Origin: the human T2T-CHM13v2.0 reference genome, Homo sapiens
Length of the DNA stretch: 64,000 nt
Direction: 5' to 3' (one strand)
NCBI RefSeq assembly: GCF_009914755.1
Contig: NC_060935.1
Below are positions 1 to 16,578 of this stretch, one piece after another. The first letter of the stretch is position 1, and each line of letters opens with the position of its first letter. The notes under the pieces are model-generated. The model searched no databases, was not told the DNA's origin, and saw nothing but the letters and a program-made list of their open reading frames with translations. Both the position numbers and the translations under genes were made by a program.

Positions 1-479
1 AGCTCAATCCCCAGGCCAGCCAGGGCCAGGCCTACTTTGGCCACCCTTAAATCAGAATGTGGGGTCAGGGGTCACAGAAAAGCCATTTCTCTGACCTAGT
101 GTTTGGCGTCCGGGAACTCTGTGCCCAACCTTCAGACCCTGGCAGTCCTCACTGAGGCCATTGGCCCAGAGCCCGCCATCCCCCGAGACCCCCGGGAGCC
201 GCCTGTTGCCACGTCCACACCTGCCACACCCTCTGCCGGGCCCCAGCCCCTCCCAACCGGGACCGTGCTGGTCCCTGGGGGTCCTGCCCCACCTTGCCTT
301 GGGGAGGCATGGGCCCTCCTCCTCCCACCCTGCCGGCCGTCACTCACCTCTTGCTTCTGGTCCCCCAGGCCTAGCCCTTGGAAGGAGACAGGAGTCTAGG
401 GAGGCTGAAGCCCACTCCCGGGGAGGCCCGTGCTCCTCCAGCCCCAGGGACAGCAAGGAAAAGAGAAGAGAGCAGAGCA

Positions 480-545
480 TTTCATGGCTATAATAAATCA
501 AAGGGGGAAGTCGAAGCAAGAGAAATAACAAACTTCCCTTGCCTG
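480..545. promoter_or_regulatory. Haematopoietic enhancer core, probably part of the SPI1 (PU.1) upstream regulatory element (URE, about -17 kb)
   Basis: Overlapping ATAAATCA (PBX-HOX, 493-500), ATCAAAG (TCF/LEF, 497-503) and AAAGGGGGAAGT (PU.1/ETS, 500-511), plus a second ETS site ACTTCCC (532-538). It lies ~13 kb upstream of SLC39A13 exon 1, which matches the recalled URE position. Confidence 0.65.
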
Positions 546-1181
546 GGCATGGGGACCTGCCAGGCAGCAGCCCCCGGGTGCCCCGCGGCCTTCCCTCCTT
601 CCTCCTGCCTCCCTGGCCAGTACCCAGATCTCTCTTCAGGCCTAGGTACCCCCATCTACCCAGAGACACCCGCCCCTGGACACCCAACAGCCCTCCTCGC
701 TGCACTCCCCGGGCTGGCACCTCTCCACTTGGCCTCAGTTTCCTCTTAATTGGCACAGAAAGCCCTGGGTCGCGTGGTCAGGCTGCCCAGCAGACAGGGA
801 TGAAGACAGAAGACAGGCAGTGCCCCCTCTGAACCAAGGCCCCTCAGTGGACAAAGGGAGGGGTGAGGTGTCCTGAGAACTCCTAGCGGGACACTTGGAG
901 CCGGATGGACAAACATCTGGGAGCCAAGATGAGAGGGAGAGGCAGCAGAGTTCAGAGCAGAGATGGGGCCAGCCCCAGGCCATGACAGCTGGCAGGCCCT
1001 CAACCATCAACCTCAGCCATCCCTGAACTTCTCCCCAGCCAGACCAGGTGGCCCAGGGCCTGGGGCTTGAAGGGCCTGGAGGTCACCGTGGGGCATGAGA
1101 TGTCCACAGCCTCAGGACATAACCCGGGTGTATCTTCTCGGAACATCCACTCAGGTAGAAGACTGAGAGGAAGATGTTTTA

Positions 1182-1906
<725 letters not shown>

Positions 1907-2425
1907 CTAGCTCAGAAGTTTGCAATGAGGGACAAATGAGGCTGTGGAGTGGGGCCTTGGGGTAATCGTTTGGCCGGCAACACACTGCGGCCACCCACCT
2001 GTCGCCCCCCTCTCACCTGCCTGAGTTGGGGTGAACACTCCAGCTCGCCACTCTTCTCTGAGAACCCCCAGGGCCCCTCCCTGGCCTCCCTCTGGCCCTT
2101 CCTGACCTGGAGGAGTCCTGAAGCTGAGGTTCCCAGCCCCACCCTCAAGGTGCTCCCTCTCTGGGACAGAAACCTTAGAGGCCCCAACTCCCACCTTGGC
2201 AGGACTCCCCAGTTCTGCTCACACTCTGTGCCCCTCACATGACATCCCCACTGCTGCCCCGAGACTGTCTTAATAACTAGAGGTATTCACCAGGCACTCT
2301 ACATACACAGCATCTTGTAATCCTTGACGATGCAGGTATTCTCATCCCCATTTCACAGATAAGGAAACTGAGGCTCGGGGAGGACTGACAGGTGCAAGCT
2401 CAGCTGGCTAGAAAGGGGCAGCACT

Positions 2426-2735
<310 letters not shown>

Positions 2736-3842
2736 GTAAAAGAAAGGGGCAATGCTGAGATGAGAACTCAGTTTTCCTGTGTGCCCATCCAGTGGAAGTC
2801 CCATGCAAACCCTGAGGCAAAGCAGCATCTCTTTGGAAAAAGACTTCAAGCCTTTTAGAGTCTCACTGCTGCCTCCAGGCCCACGGCCACCACCTCTTCC
2901 CAGCTCCCCTACCCTGTCCCTATTCTCAGTTGTCCTGCTTCTCCTGGTCCAGGCTGGAGGATATCAGAGTTGAAAAAATTCCAGCCTCAGGTGCCCATGG
3001 GACCAGAGAGATGATAAAATCCAGAAAGGGGATGAGCCAGGCTCCCCTTGGCTCTCAGCCCTGGGCATGAACACGTAACAGTGGGACTTAACTCCCTGGG
3101 AGACAGGCCCAAAGAGGCAGCATTCCTGGTGGTGAGACCTGAGTGCATCTGCACCAGACATTTCCGCATTTAAATCTCAGCTCTGCAATGGAGAGACCAC
3201 CCCCTGGGTAAGTGACAACATGAAAATGGGAGAAAATGCCTCTCCTGGCCTGGAGATCTCACAGGAGGGAAATGTGTTTCTAACAGCCATGGGCCCAGCC
3301 CTCCTTCAGGCACCGGCTCTGTCCAGTAGGTACGATTATTACTCCCATTTTACATACGAGGAAACCCAGGGAAAAGAGATGTCCCAAGGTCACACAGCCT
3401 TGCAGGGGCTTGAACCCCAATCCTGTCTAACTCCAAGTCCCATGCACTTACATATACCTGAGAGCCCCTCCTTCCTTTTCTCCTAGGAGTTCTTCTGTAC
3501 CTTCCTAGCTTGCAGGGTTGGGGCCCTGGGTGGCAAGTTGAACCATGACTGGATGGGACTGGAGGGCTTGGCCCTGCCTGGCTGAGGCTGCAGTCCGCAA
3601 ATACCTGACTGCCCTTGCTCTTGGTTGGGCTGAGGGACTGCTGCCTGGGCATGCAAGGGGTTGGGGACCAGCTGCAGCGGCACCTCCCTGACATATTGCC
3701 TTGGGCCACCCTGCCCTCTAAGCTTGTTGGTGTCTGACTTTCTTGGGAGAGGGGTATAACCCCTTCCAGGGGGCCTGCATGGTGGGGCTGAGACACTAAG
3801 AAAGCTGCATTTGAGCTTCCTCACTGGCTCAGCTCCTTCTGA

Positions 3843-4545
<703 letters not shown>

Positions 4546-4869
4546 TAATCTTTTCCTTAAAGAGTGCCCCCCCAAATGGTTTTAAGCTTCAGGCTCCTGG
4601 GAACCTAGATCTGTCCCCAGGGTGGGGCGGTGGAAAGCGTTCCAACCCCCTCCCACTTGCTTTTTGCATGCTGGCTCTGGGGCTTTGGGTGAAACTCCCC
4701 ACTTTGCCATCTATACAATGGGGATGAATGAGGCGATGCGATGCTTAGAGGACCCTCTGTTCAAAACTCGCCCAACCCACAGAGACCTTCACAAGCCTGC
4801 ACTTGGTCCATCACCAACAGCCCTGTGGGGAAAACCGAGCTCCTACCCCCATTTTCCAGCTGAGATAAC

Positions 4870-5330
4870 TGAGGCGTGAAGCCCCGCTGCCGCTCGTCGC
4901 TGAGGCTGTGAGCAGGCTGGAGCCTCATCCCCCACTGCTCCCTGGGGTCTCCTCCCGGGATGCCAAGCCTGGGTAGCAGGAGGGGGTCTCCAGGGTGCGG
5001 GGGCGCTCTGGGGAGGCCGGGGGCGGAGGCGGTGTCCCGCACTGTCCCACCGCAGGGCCGACCTCGGCCCTTATCTGCTCCGGCAGCTTCCGCCCCCCAA
5101 CTCCAGCCCCCGCCGCAGGCCCGGCCCCCGGCCCCGCCCCCCTAGGGCCCCTCCCCCGCGCCGCCCGCCCCCAGGGGAGCGCCCGAGCTGCCCGGCTGCG
5201 GCCCAGTCGAGCGGAGAGGGGGCCCAGCCCCCCCAGGTGGGCAGCCGGAAGTGATAAATAACCGAGACGGGGGGGGGGGGACACCATTGCAGTGAGGCCC
5301 GAGTTGTCCCGGGATACTCGCCCACAACCC
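4870..5330. promoter_or_regulatory. Orphan CpG island with GC boxes and ETS/GATA sites
   Basis: High CpG density, CCCCGCCC boxes, CCGGAAGT at 5245-5252 abutting GATAA at 5253-5257, TTATCT at 5071-5076, G12 run at 5269-5280. Confidence 0.75.
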
Positions 5331-5809
5331 AATAGGAGCTCCCCAAACTAAGTTGTCTTCGCCAAAAATGGGAGGGGGTCTGAGAAGGAAGAGGAAAGGG
5401 GTTCCTTAAGGCCCCAGGGACAAGAGGAACAGTGGAGTCAGTTTAAACAGGGCTCTGAGAGGCACACGACCTCCCCCCACACTAACAATGCCAAGTGGCC
5501 TCCCTGGGACAGGTGTGGGGGGGGGAGAGAGAAGCGGAGACACCTCAGAGAAAGTGAAAAGGAAGTCACAACTGGAGATGCCTGCGGAGTGCAGCGGGGC
5601 ATAGCCTCAAAAATACATAAGGAACTCTTGCAAATCAAGGAAAAGAAAATCAAGCAATCCAATATAAAAAAATAGATAACACACACGCAGCGCAGGCATG
5701 TTAGGGCAGAGAAAACGAATTTGCTCAAATACCATCTAAGGGAGGCTCAGCCTCACTGCTGATGAGGGCGATGCAAATTCAGACCACAATGAGATGCTAT
5801 TTACACCAT

Positions 5810-5965
5810 CTGAAGGGCAGAAGGGAACTGTCCTTCAGCCAGAGCTGGCTGAAGGGCAGAAGGGAACTGTCCTTCAGCCAGAGCTGGCTGAAGGGCAGAA
5901 GGGAACTGTCCTTCAGCCAGAGCTGGCTGAAGGGCAGAAGGGAACTGTCCTTCAGCCAGAGCTGG
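5810..5965 (+). repeat. Perfect tandem repeat, 4 x 39 bp (CTGAAGGGCAGAAGGGAACTGTCCTTCAGCCAGAGCTGG)
   Basis: Identical units start at 5810, 5849, 5888 and 5927. Confidence 0.98.
5828..5939 (+). ncRNA. MIR4487: Annotated microRNA hairpin hsa-mir-4487, inside the tandem repeat
   Basis: The recalled mature sequence AGAGCUGGCUGAAGGGCAG occurs three times (5841, 5880, 5919). The repeat makes the exact precursor register ambiguous. Confidence 0.75.
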
Positions 5966-6360
5966 CAAGGAGGGGAGCAGCAGGCCCTCCTGCATGTGGC
6001 TAGTCAGGATGCGGCTCCAAATAGCCCCCTAGGGAGAGCAATCTGGCCTTATCTCACGAAGTGGAGGTACAGAGGCTGTCACCCACACATCCCCCCAGGC
6101 AGCAAATCAAGATAAGCTCTCTGACAAGTGCGCCAAGAGACAGGGACAAAAATATTCACGTTGTCCCTAATAGCAAAAAAAATCCTGAAATAACCCCAGG
6201 GCCCACTGATAAGAGAATGGATAAATAAATTACAGTAGACACATTCACAGGGTGGAGATCATTCAGCAATGCAAGCAGGTGACCCACAGGTTCACCAATA
6301 TCATGAAGGAATCTTTGCACCATGGTATTGAGTGGAAAAAGTCAGTCCCAGAAGATGGAT

Positions 6361-6716
6361 ACTTGCGGCTCTCTGTATCCCTGGGTTCCACATCCATGGA
6401 TTCAACCAACCTCGGATGGAAAATATTTGGAGAAAAAAATGGATGGTTGTGTCTGTACTAAACATGTACAGACTTTTTTTCTTGTCATTGTTCCCCAAAC
6501 AATACCATGTAACAGCGATTAACATAGCATTTACATTGTTTTCGGCAATCTAGAGATGATTTAAAGTATATGGGAGGATGTGGTAGGCTAAATATGCAAA
6601 TATTTAATACCACACCATTTTATATCAGGGATTGAGCATCTGTGGATTTTGGTATCCTCAGGGGGTCTTGGAACCAACTCCCCCCCATCCCCGCCAGGAC
6701 GCCAAAGGACAGCTGT
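6361..6716 (-). mobile_element. MER2-like Tigger DNA transposon
   Basis: CTCTGTATCCCTGGGTTCCACATCCATGGATTCAACCAACC at one end and GGGGTCTTGGAACCAA at the other, ~350 bp in total. Confidence 0.75.
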
Positions 6717-6841
6717 CCTTACCCTTCTCATGAAGTTCAAAACCAAGCCAAGCCATATCTTTACAAATAACAATGTTCCTTCCCTGTTTCTAATACCTTT
6801 GTTATTAGGAGATGGTATGATTACCCACATAAAAGACTCTA

Positions 6842-7836
<995 letters not shown>

Positions 7837-9050
7837 TCATCACAAAATTCAGGTTTCACTGAAGGAGGAGACAGGGAGATGGGATAGGGGAAGGGTAACA
7901 AGTAAGGAAAGATGTAAATCAACACAAAAATTAAACAAGAGCCTTGCAGGGACCAAAAGGGCAGTGCAGAACGCACAAGGATTTCACCCCAATTTGTGCA
8001 CCTGAGACAAGAGAAGGGGAATGGGAGACATGAAATTGATTTGGATAAACTTTTATTCAGAGTATGGGCAAAAGCTTGCTTTTTCTAGCAGCCCACACCT
8101 GGCAGGGAAAGAGGCCTGTGTATCCAGGGGACAAGGCTAAGGGATCCAAAGACACACCGACATGCAGAGCCTTCAGAATGGACAGGTCAGGAAGGCTGCA
8201 GGGAGGAGGTGGCCTTGTCAACAGGCTAGGTTTCAATCGACTGAGATGGCGAAAGGGGAAGGACATCCCAGGCCTGCCGAGAGTGGGGTGGGGGTGACAG
8301 AACTTGCCACGGTGGAGAGGCTGGACAGAGAGTAGTGGGACTCAGCTGTTCATGGTGGAGCTGCTGGTGGCAAGGGAAGAGGGGAGAGGCCCTGTGGGGT
8401 CACTGGAGCATTGCCCAGCCAGGGCTTAGGATTCAGTGGAGAAAATACCCCAGGAACTCATGAGGGAGCTAAGGCTACCCTGGAAAGAAGGATTGAGAAA
8501 GGATTGGGGTCAGGGGTTTCAGAGGGGCAGGGCTCCTTTGGAGAAGCTGAACCTGTGGCCCTGGGGGAGCTGCTGTGCCTCTTTTTAGCTGTGACCCTGC
8601 GTAATGTGATTACCATCCTGAGCCCCATATGCCTTTCAATAAGAGACTGCTATCTTCCTGCTGACCCCCACGGGAGGAAGCCCTGTGACAAGGATAAGGC
8701 CAGATATCTCACTAGAGACCACACTCTGGAAGTATCCATCCCCAGCCCAAGTCTCTAGCCCTCGATTGCCAGAGTGGAGGGAAGGATGTCAAAGCATTGG
8801 CCATTGCCAGGCCAGCCAGTCTTGCAGGGGCCAGAGACAGGAACAAGGGGTTAAAGTCAGATTCTGGGCATTGCAGTGAAGTCAGAGAAATAGATCTGTG
8901 GCTCCCTGATCCCAGACACCTCTCAGCCACTTAGAGCCACGCAGTACCCAGGCCCATCCAGCTCTGCTGAAGTTTGTCCAGTGCTTCAACCCAGGAAAAC
9001 CCTATGGCCTCCAAACCAACTGATAAATATGTCAGAAAACACTCATTTGT

Positions 9051-9962
<912 letters not shown>

Positions 9963-10235
9963 TTATGCTTAGCAAGGAGAGAGGGTGTCCCCACTCTGTA
10001 TCTTTAATGTAGCTATTCTTTATGTTGCTTTAATATTTTTATACCCATATATCCATACATATAAACAGCATTAATTTCTAGCTCTATATAAAACTTCCCA
10101 TATGTCAGGCATAGTTCTAAGTGCTTTGTCTGTATTTATCCATTTAATCTTCACAACAACATCTAAGTCTAATTTCGAGATGAGGAAACTGAGGCATAAG
10201 GAGTTAAGTAATTTGTCCCAGGAAGTCTGGCATCA

Positions 10236-11852
<1,617 letters not shown>

Positions 11853-13039
11853 TTAGGTATCCGATGGGAATTCCAGGCCAGGTGGGAGGAAAGGGTAGTG
11901 CATTGGCACCAAGTAACGTTTCTGGCTGGGTCTTGCCCATCCCCTTGTTGGGTGGCCAGGAGCGCTCAGCCTCCAGAGGCAGGAATGCTGACTGTGTTAT
12001 TGTGAAATCATTTGCATATTGTGAAGTGCTTTGCATAAGATGGAGCGCTTTTGCATACAGGGAGGGGGGCATTTTAGAAGTCCTAGGGCAGGATCCCTGA
12101 GTAGCTTTTCTTTGCCAAGAAACTAACCCAGGGATTCCATTTTGGAACTCAGGGAGGGAACAGAACGTCCTGGCAGTTGTATGGGCCCGGTGGGGTGAGA
12201 TGGACAGAAAGCTTCAGAAGACAAGCTGGGCCACCAGGGAGAAGTTGGCGGTCTAAGGAAGGCCAACAGTGCAACATGAAGTGGGACAGGCACCAGAGGC
12301 AGCCCTGAGAGCTGAGTGTGCTCTCAAGAGCCCCAGCAGAGGGGAAAGTGACAGAGTAAATGGTTGGAGCTGCCATGGGAGGCTGATGAGGGTCAGAGAC
12401 TTAAGAGACCTGTACTCAGTCGCTATCTCTGCCCAAGTGAGTACCCACATGCCCCTTCCTGAATCTTCTCCTGTACTGGCTGATTTCCAGAGAAGAATAC
12501 AAACTCGAAACGCCAAGCCAGACTCCCACTGCTGTTCAGGACCTAGACGTGAGAAGTGGTATCACATACTCTGGCTTCAGGACACCCAGGTTTGAATCCT
12601 GGCTCTGCCATCTGTGCCACTGTGTGACCCTGGGCTAACAGTACCCACCACAATGGGATAATATGAGGATTCAGTGAGATAGTGCGAGTAAAGTGAATAG
12701 CACATAGTAGGTGGTCAGTAAATTGCGGTTATAAGAACTGCTATCCAGTGTTTGCTGCCTTAGTCTAACCAAAGAGGTCAGGTCTAGCTTCCTCCAGGTG
12801 AGGGAAGCACAGAGCCCTCGCCTCCCAGGTTTGGAGTTCCCATCAGCAGGGTCCAGCCACCATGCATTGGACCCCAAAGGGTTACAAGCCCTGGAGACAG
12901 TGGCCTGAGGTTCCCAGTGAAAAACCAAAGCATAAAAATAATTCGATGAGTAAGAATAAAATTCCCTCTTCTGAGGTTCCCGGGGCCAGGCCCCTCCCTG
13001 CGGCAGGCACTTCCCCTTTCCCTTGCTCATGGAGGAGCC

Positions 13040-13760
13040 AGGCCGGGCTGACTCAGAGCAGGAGCGCACAGTAGTCCTCCCAGCCCGACCTGGGCGGCGT
13101 GGTCTGGCGGCCGGGCGCGCCCCCGTGCGGCCACGGGCAGACTGCGGCCCTGGACGGGAAGCGGCGGCCAGATCCGCAAGCCCCGCAGCCTGGTCGATCG
13201 CGGTCCCCGCAGAGCCGCCGCCTCCGTCCCTGCCCAGCCTGGCTGAGCGCGGTGCGTGTGGCTCTCTCACTTCCGACCGACCCTCCCCTCCGGCCCGCAG
13301 CCCTGCCCAAACGGAAGTGCGCCCTCTACCCGGGTCCCCCACCGCCGCGAGGCGGAAGCGCCCTCCCGCCGCCACTCCCCCCGACCCCGCGGCACGCGGC
13401 GCCTCGGGTTCCGGACAGGCCCCTTGTGACGTGGCCGCGCGCCGGGGGCGGCCCCGGGCCGGGGGCCGGGCGGCCGGGCGGCCGGGCGGGGCAGAGCCTG
13501 GGCGGGGCGCGGCACCGCAGCTGGATGGCTGGGGCCGCCCGGATCGCCGCCGCCGCCGCCGCACGGTGAGTGCCAGCAGGACCCTCGGGGCCCGCGCCCC
13601 GGGCGTGATGGACCCGGCCGATCCCTCGCCCCGTCCGACTGGTCCTCATCAGACCTGGGCCGGCTCCCAGGACCCGGGAGTCAGGCTCGCCCGCTTCGGC
13701 CTCCTCTCCCCCATCGCTCCGCGCCCCACGCCCCATCCCTCCCTCGCTGTCCTCTCCGCG
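13040..13760 (+). promoter_or_regulatory. SLC39A13: CpG-island promoter of SLC39A13
   Basis: Very high GC/CpG content, GC boxes, ETS sites ACTTCCG (13269) and CGGAAGTG (13312), TGACGT (13427). Confidence 0.9.
13400..13565 (+). other. SLC39A13: SLC39A13 exon 1 (non-coding, start approximate)
   Basis: (GCC)n leader ending at the donor ACG|GTGAGT (13565/13566) within the CpG island. Confidence 0.75.
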
Positions 13761-14997
13761 TCCCACCCGCCTCTCTCTAGCTCTCTCACTCTCTACTTTC
13801 CTCTCCCCTCGGACTCTCCGTGTATTCCCTCCCGCTAGCCTGTGGTCCCCTCACCTCTGCGTGACCGCCTCGTCCTGGCCCAGTCTTGCCTGTGGTCCCC
13901 AGTGGAGCCCCGCTGGCTTCATCAGTGCCCCTGATTAGTTAAGGCCTGGAGGTCCTAGACATGGGCATCTCTGCCACCACCCAGAGGCAGCTGCTTTCTT
14001 CCCCTCCCATCTCCATCAGAAGGTGAGGAAACTGAGGCAGGGACATCACCAGCTCAAGGTCACAGCCAGCCTGAGGCAGAGCAGACCACATTTAAACCTC
14101 ATGCCCGAGTTTCCAGATGGAACTTCTCGCTTGGTTGACTCACGTCCACATCCTGTGATCGGCCGGCTGGGCACATTCCTGCTGCAGGGAGCCCCAGGCC
14201 TTCCCTGGCACAGGCAGGGCCTCTGCGCCTCCTCATGCCGGGTACATCCACCTGCACTTTCAGGCTTATCTCGTCCTCACAGCTGAGGCAGGTGATATTG
14301 ATCCCTGTCCTGCAGATGAGGGCACTGAGGCTCAGAGGGGGGGCTTCAGAGATTTGCCCAGAGTTAGACAGCTCAAAGTGCAGCATAGAATTCACCGTGG
14401 GGGCTCTAAAGCCTGCGCTATACAAGAGAGAGGCATCCCCTGGCTAAAGGCTCCTTCCTCATCAGCCCCATCTCCTGTTGCCCTCAGTGCCCTGGGGACA
14501 TTGGTCTCATGTCCTAGGAAGAAGCGTGGATGGTCTTGCCCTGGCTCATCTGCTCAGTTTCCCCACGTATGTCTCTCTGAATCCACCCCATCCCCTTAGA
14601 AGGGGTGCCTCAGTCTCTGGGGTGTCGCGGGCGGCAGGGCCTCCCCTGGCAGCCAGAGACACCCAGCTGGGCCGGGCCGTGCCGCCGGTGGCTGAGGAGA
14701 GCCAGCCAGCGCCTCACCCTGTCATTAGGGAAAGTTTAGCCTCAGGCGGAGGTGCTGACACAGTCTGGAGCTGCTCAGAAGGAAAAAATACGCAGTGCTC
14801 AGGAGTAGGGTGTGGAGACACAGGGCCCCATTGCTGTGCACCCAGCATTTGGATGCTCAGACGCTCTGGCAAGGACAGCAAGAGGGTGGATGCCAGGGTC
14901 CCTTGCGGGGAGGAGGGAGGCGCCACGTTTCCTAAGCAGGTGTGCGGCCAAGGCTGTAGCTCATATAGGTGGCCTTTTGTGTTTTTCAGTACGTGGC

Positions 14998-15298
14998 ATG
15001 CCTGGATGTCCCTGCCCTGGCTGTGGCATGGCGGGCCCAAGGCTCCTCTTCCTCACTGCCCTTGCCCTGGAGCTCTTGGGAAGGGCTGGGGGTTCCCAGC
15101 CGGCCCTCCGGAGCCGGGGGACTGCGACGGCCTGTCGCCTGGACAACAAGGAAAGCGAGTCCTGGGGGGCTCTGCTGAGCGGAGAGCGGCTGGACACCTG
15201 GATCTGCTCCCTCCTGGGTTCCCTCATGGTGGGGCTCAGTGGGGTCTTCCCGTTGCTTGTCATTCCCCTAGAGATGGGGACCATGCTGCGCTCAGAAG
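14998..15298 (+). CDS. SLC39A13: ZIP13 exon 2 (start codon, signal peptide, TM1)
   Basis: Acceptor TTTTTCAG|TACG at 14990. Encodes MPGCPCPGCGMAGPRLL...MLRSE. Donor AAG|GTAGGT. Confidence 0.97.
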
Positions 15299-16238
15299 GT
15301 AGGTGACTCTCCAGTGGCGCCCAGGGCTGGCCAGGGTGTGGGAAGCATGCTGCTGCTCTTCTTAGGAGACCCCAGGTCACAGAGTCTCTGAGATGGAGGG
15401 AGAGGATAGAATAGAACTTCTCCCCTTGGTCCTGTAGGAGCTATCTAGCCAGGGGCGGCTGGCTCTGGCTTCCCCAGGAAGCTATGAGCACCTGGTAGCA
15501 GGGCCTGCCCCTGGGGAGGGGGTCTAGGAGATGGGGATGTGGGCACGGGTGGGAGCTTTGTCCTGACTACCCTTTTGTACCATGAGCATGTACTGCCCGT
15601 TCACAAATAACATGTTGTAACAAAACACGCAGGAGAGCTCTAGGGAGCTGCTAAAAATGCACGTGCCTATCCCCCACCTAAGAGGGGTGGACCAAGGCCC
15701 TGGGAATCTGTTAGAAACGAGCATCCCAGGGGCTGGTGCTGCCAGCTGGATGCTCAGGAACCATTCACTTACCAGATGGTTACCCAGCAGCTCTGTGCCA
15801 GGCACTGGGCTGAGGGCGGTGCCACAGCTGTGAATAGAGCCCTGCTTGGGCCATGGTCAGGCCTGTGCTCAACCCTCAGAGCAGCCCTGCGGGGTCAGTG
15901 CAGGGAGCACCTGGATTATTAGTTCCATTTTACAAGTGGGGATGCACAGGCACAGAGAGGTTCTTTGACCAGTCCAAGGTCACCCAGCCAGGAAATAGCA
16001 GTTTCCCCTGGGATCCCACCCCAAACCCAGCTGCCTCTGTCCTCTAGGCCTCAGTTTCTCTATCAAGCCAAAGGGTTGGACATGGCTTTCAGGCAGGCGA
16101 CTTCCAACCCTGGATGCTGCAAGTCCCCAAATCTCTGCCACTTTTCTGAGAGTGACAGCAGCTGAGAAGAGAAAAATTCCCACGTAATGAGCACTTGCTG
16201 TACATATTGTCATTTAATTCCCATAAGAGCCCATAAAA

Positions 16239-16578
<340 letters not shown>

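Larger units (their letters stand above)
5590..6350 (+). mobile_element. Old L1 (L1M-type) ORF2 3' fragment
   Basis: The translation MQIQTTMRCY...SWQGGEQQALLH...PLGRAIW resembles the L1 ORF2 C-terminus (MQIKTTMRYH...CWRGCGEIGTLLH...PLWKSVW). Also has the L1-like GAATGGATAAATAAAT. Confidence 0.75.

Noticed and set aside
103-832. Overlapping ORFs as LOUP-type micropeptides
   Set aside because: They mostly have non-ATG starts in GC-rich DNA with no recognisable homology. Coding cannot be supported from sequence alone.
5810-5965. CRISPR-like array of palindromic repeats
   Set aside because: The units are contiguous and identical, with no unique spacers and no cas genes. The context is human.
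12671-13838. Long ORFs of 297 and 271 aa over the SLC39A13 promoter
   Set aside because: These are Arg/Pro/Gly/Ala-rich products of a stop-poor CpG island.
14478-15302. 274-aa ORF overlapping SLC39A13 exon 2
   Set aside because: It has a TTG start, is mostly intronic, and lies in an alternative frame with no domain.
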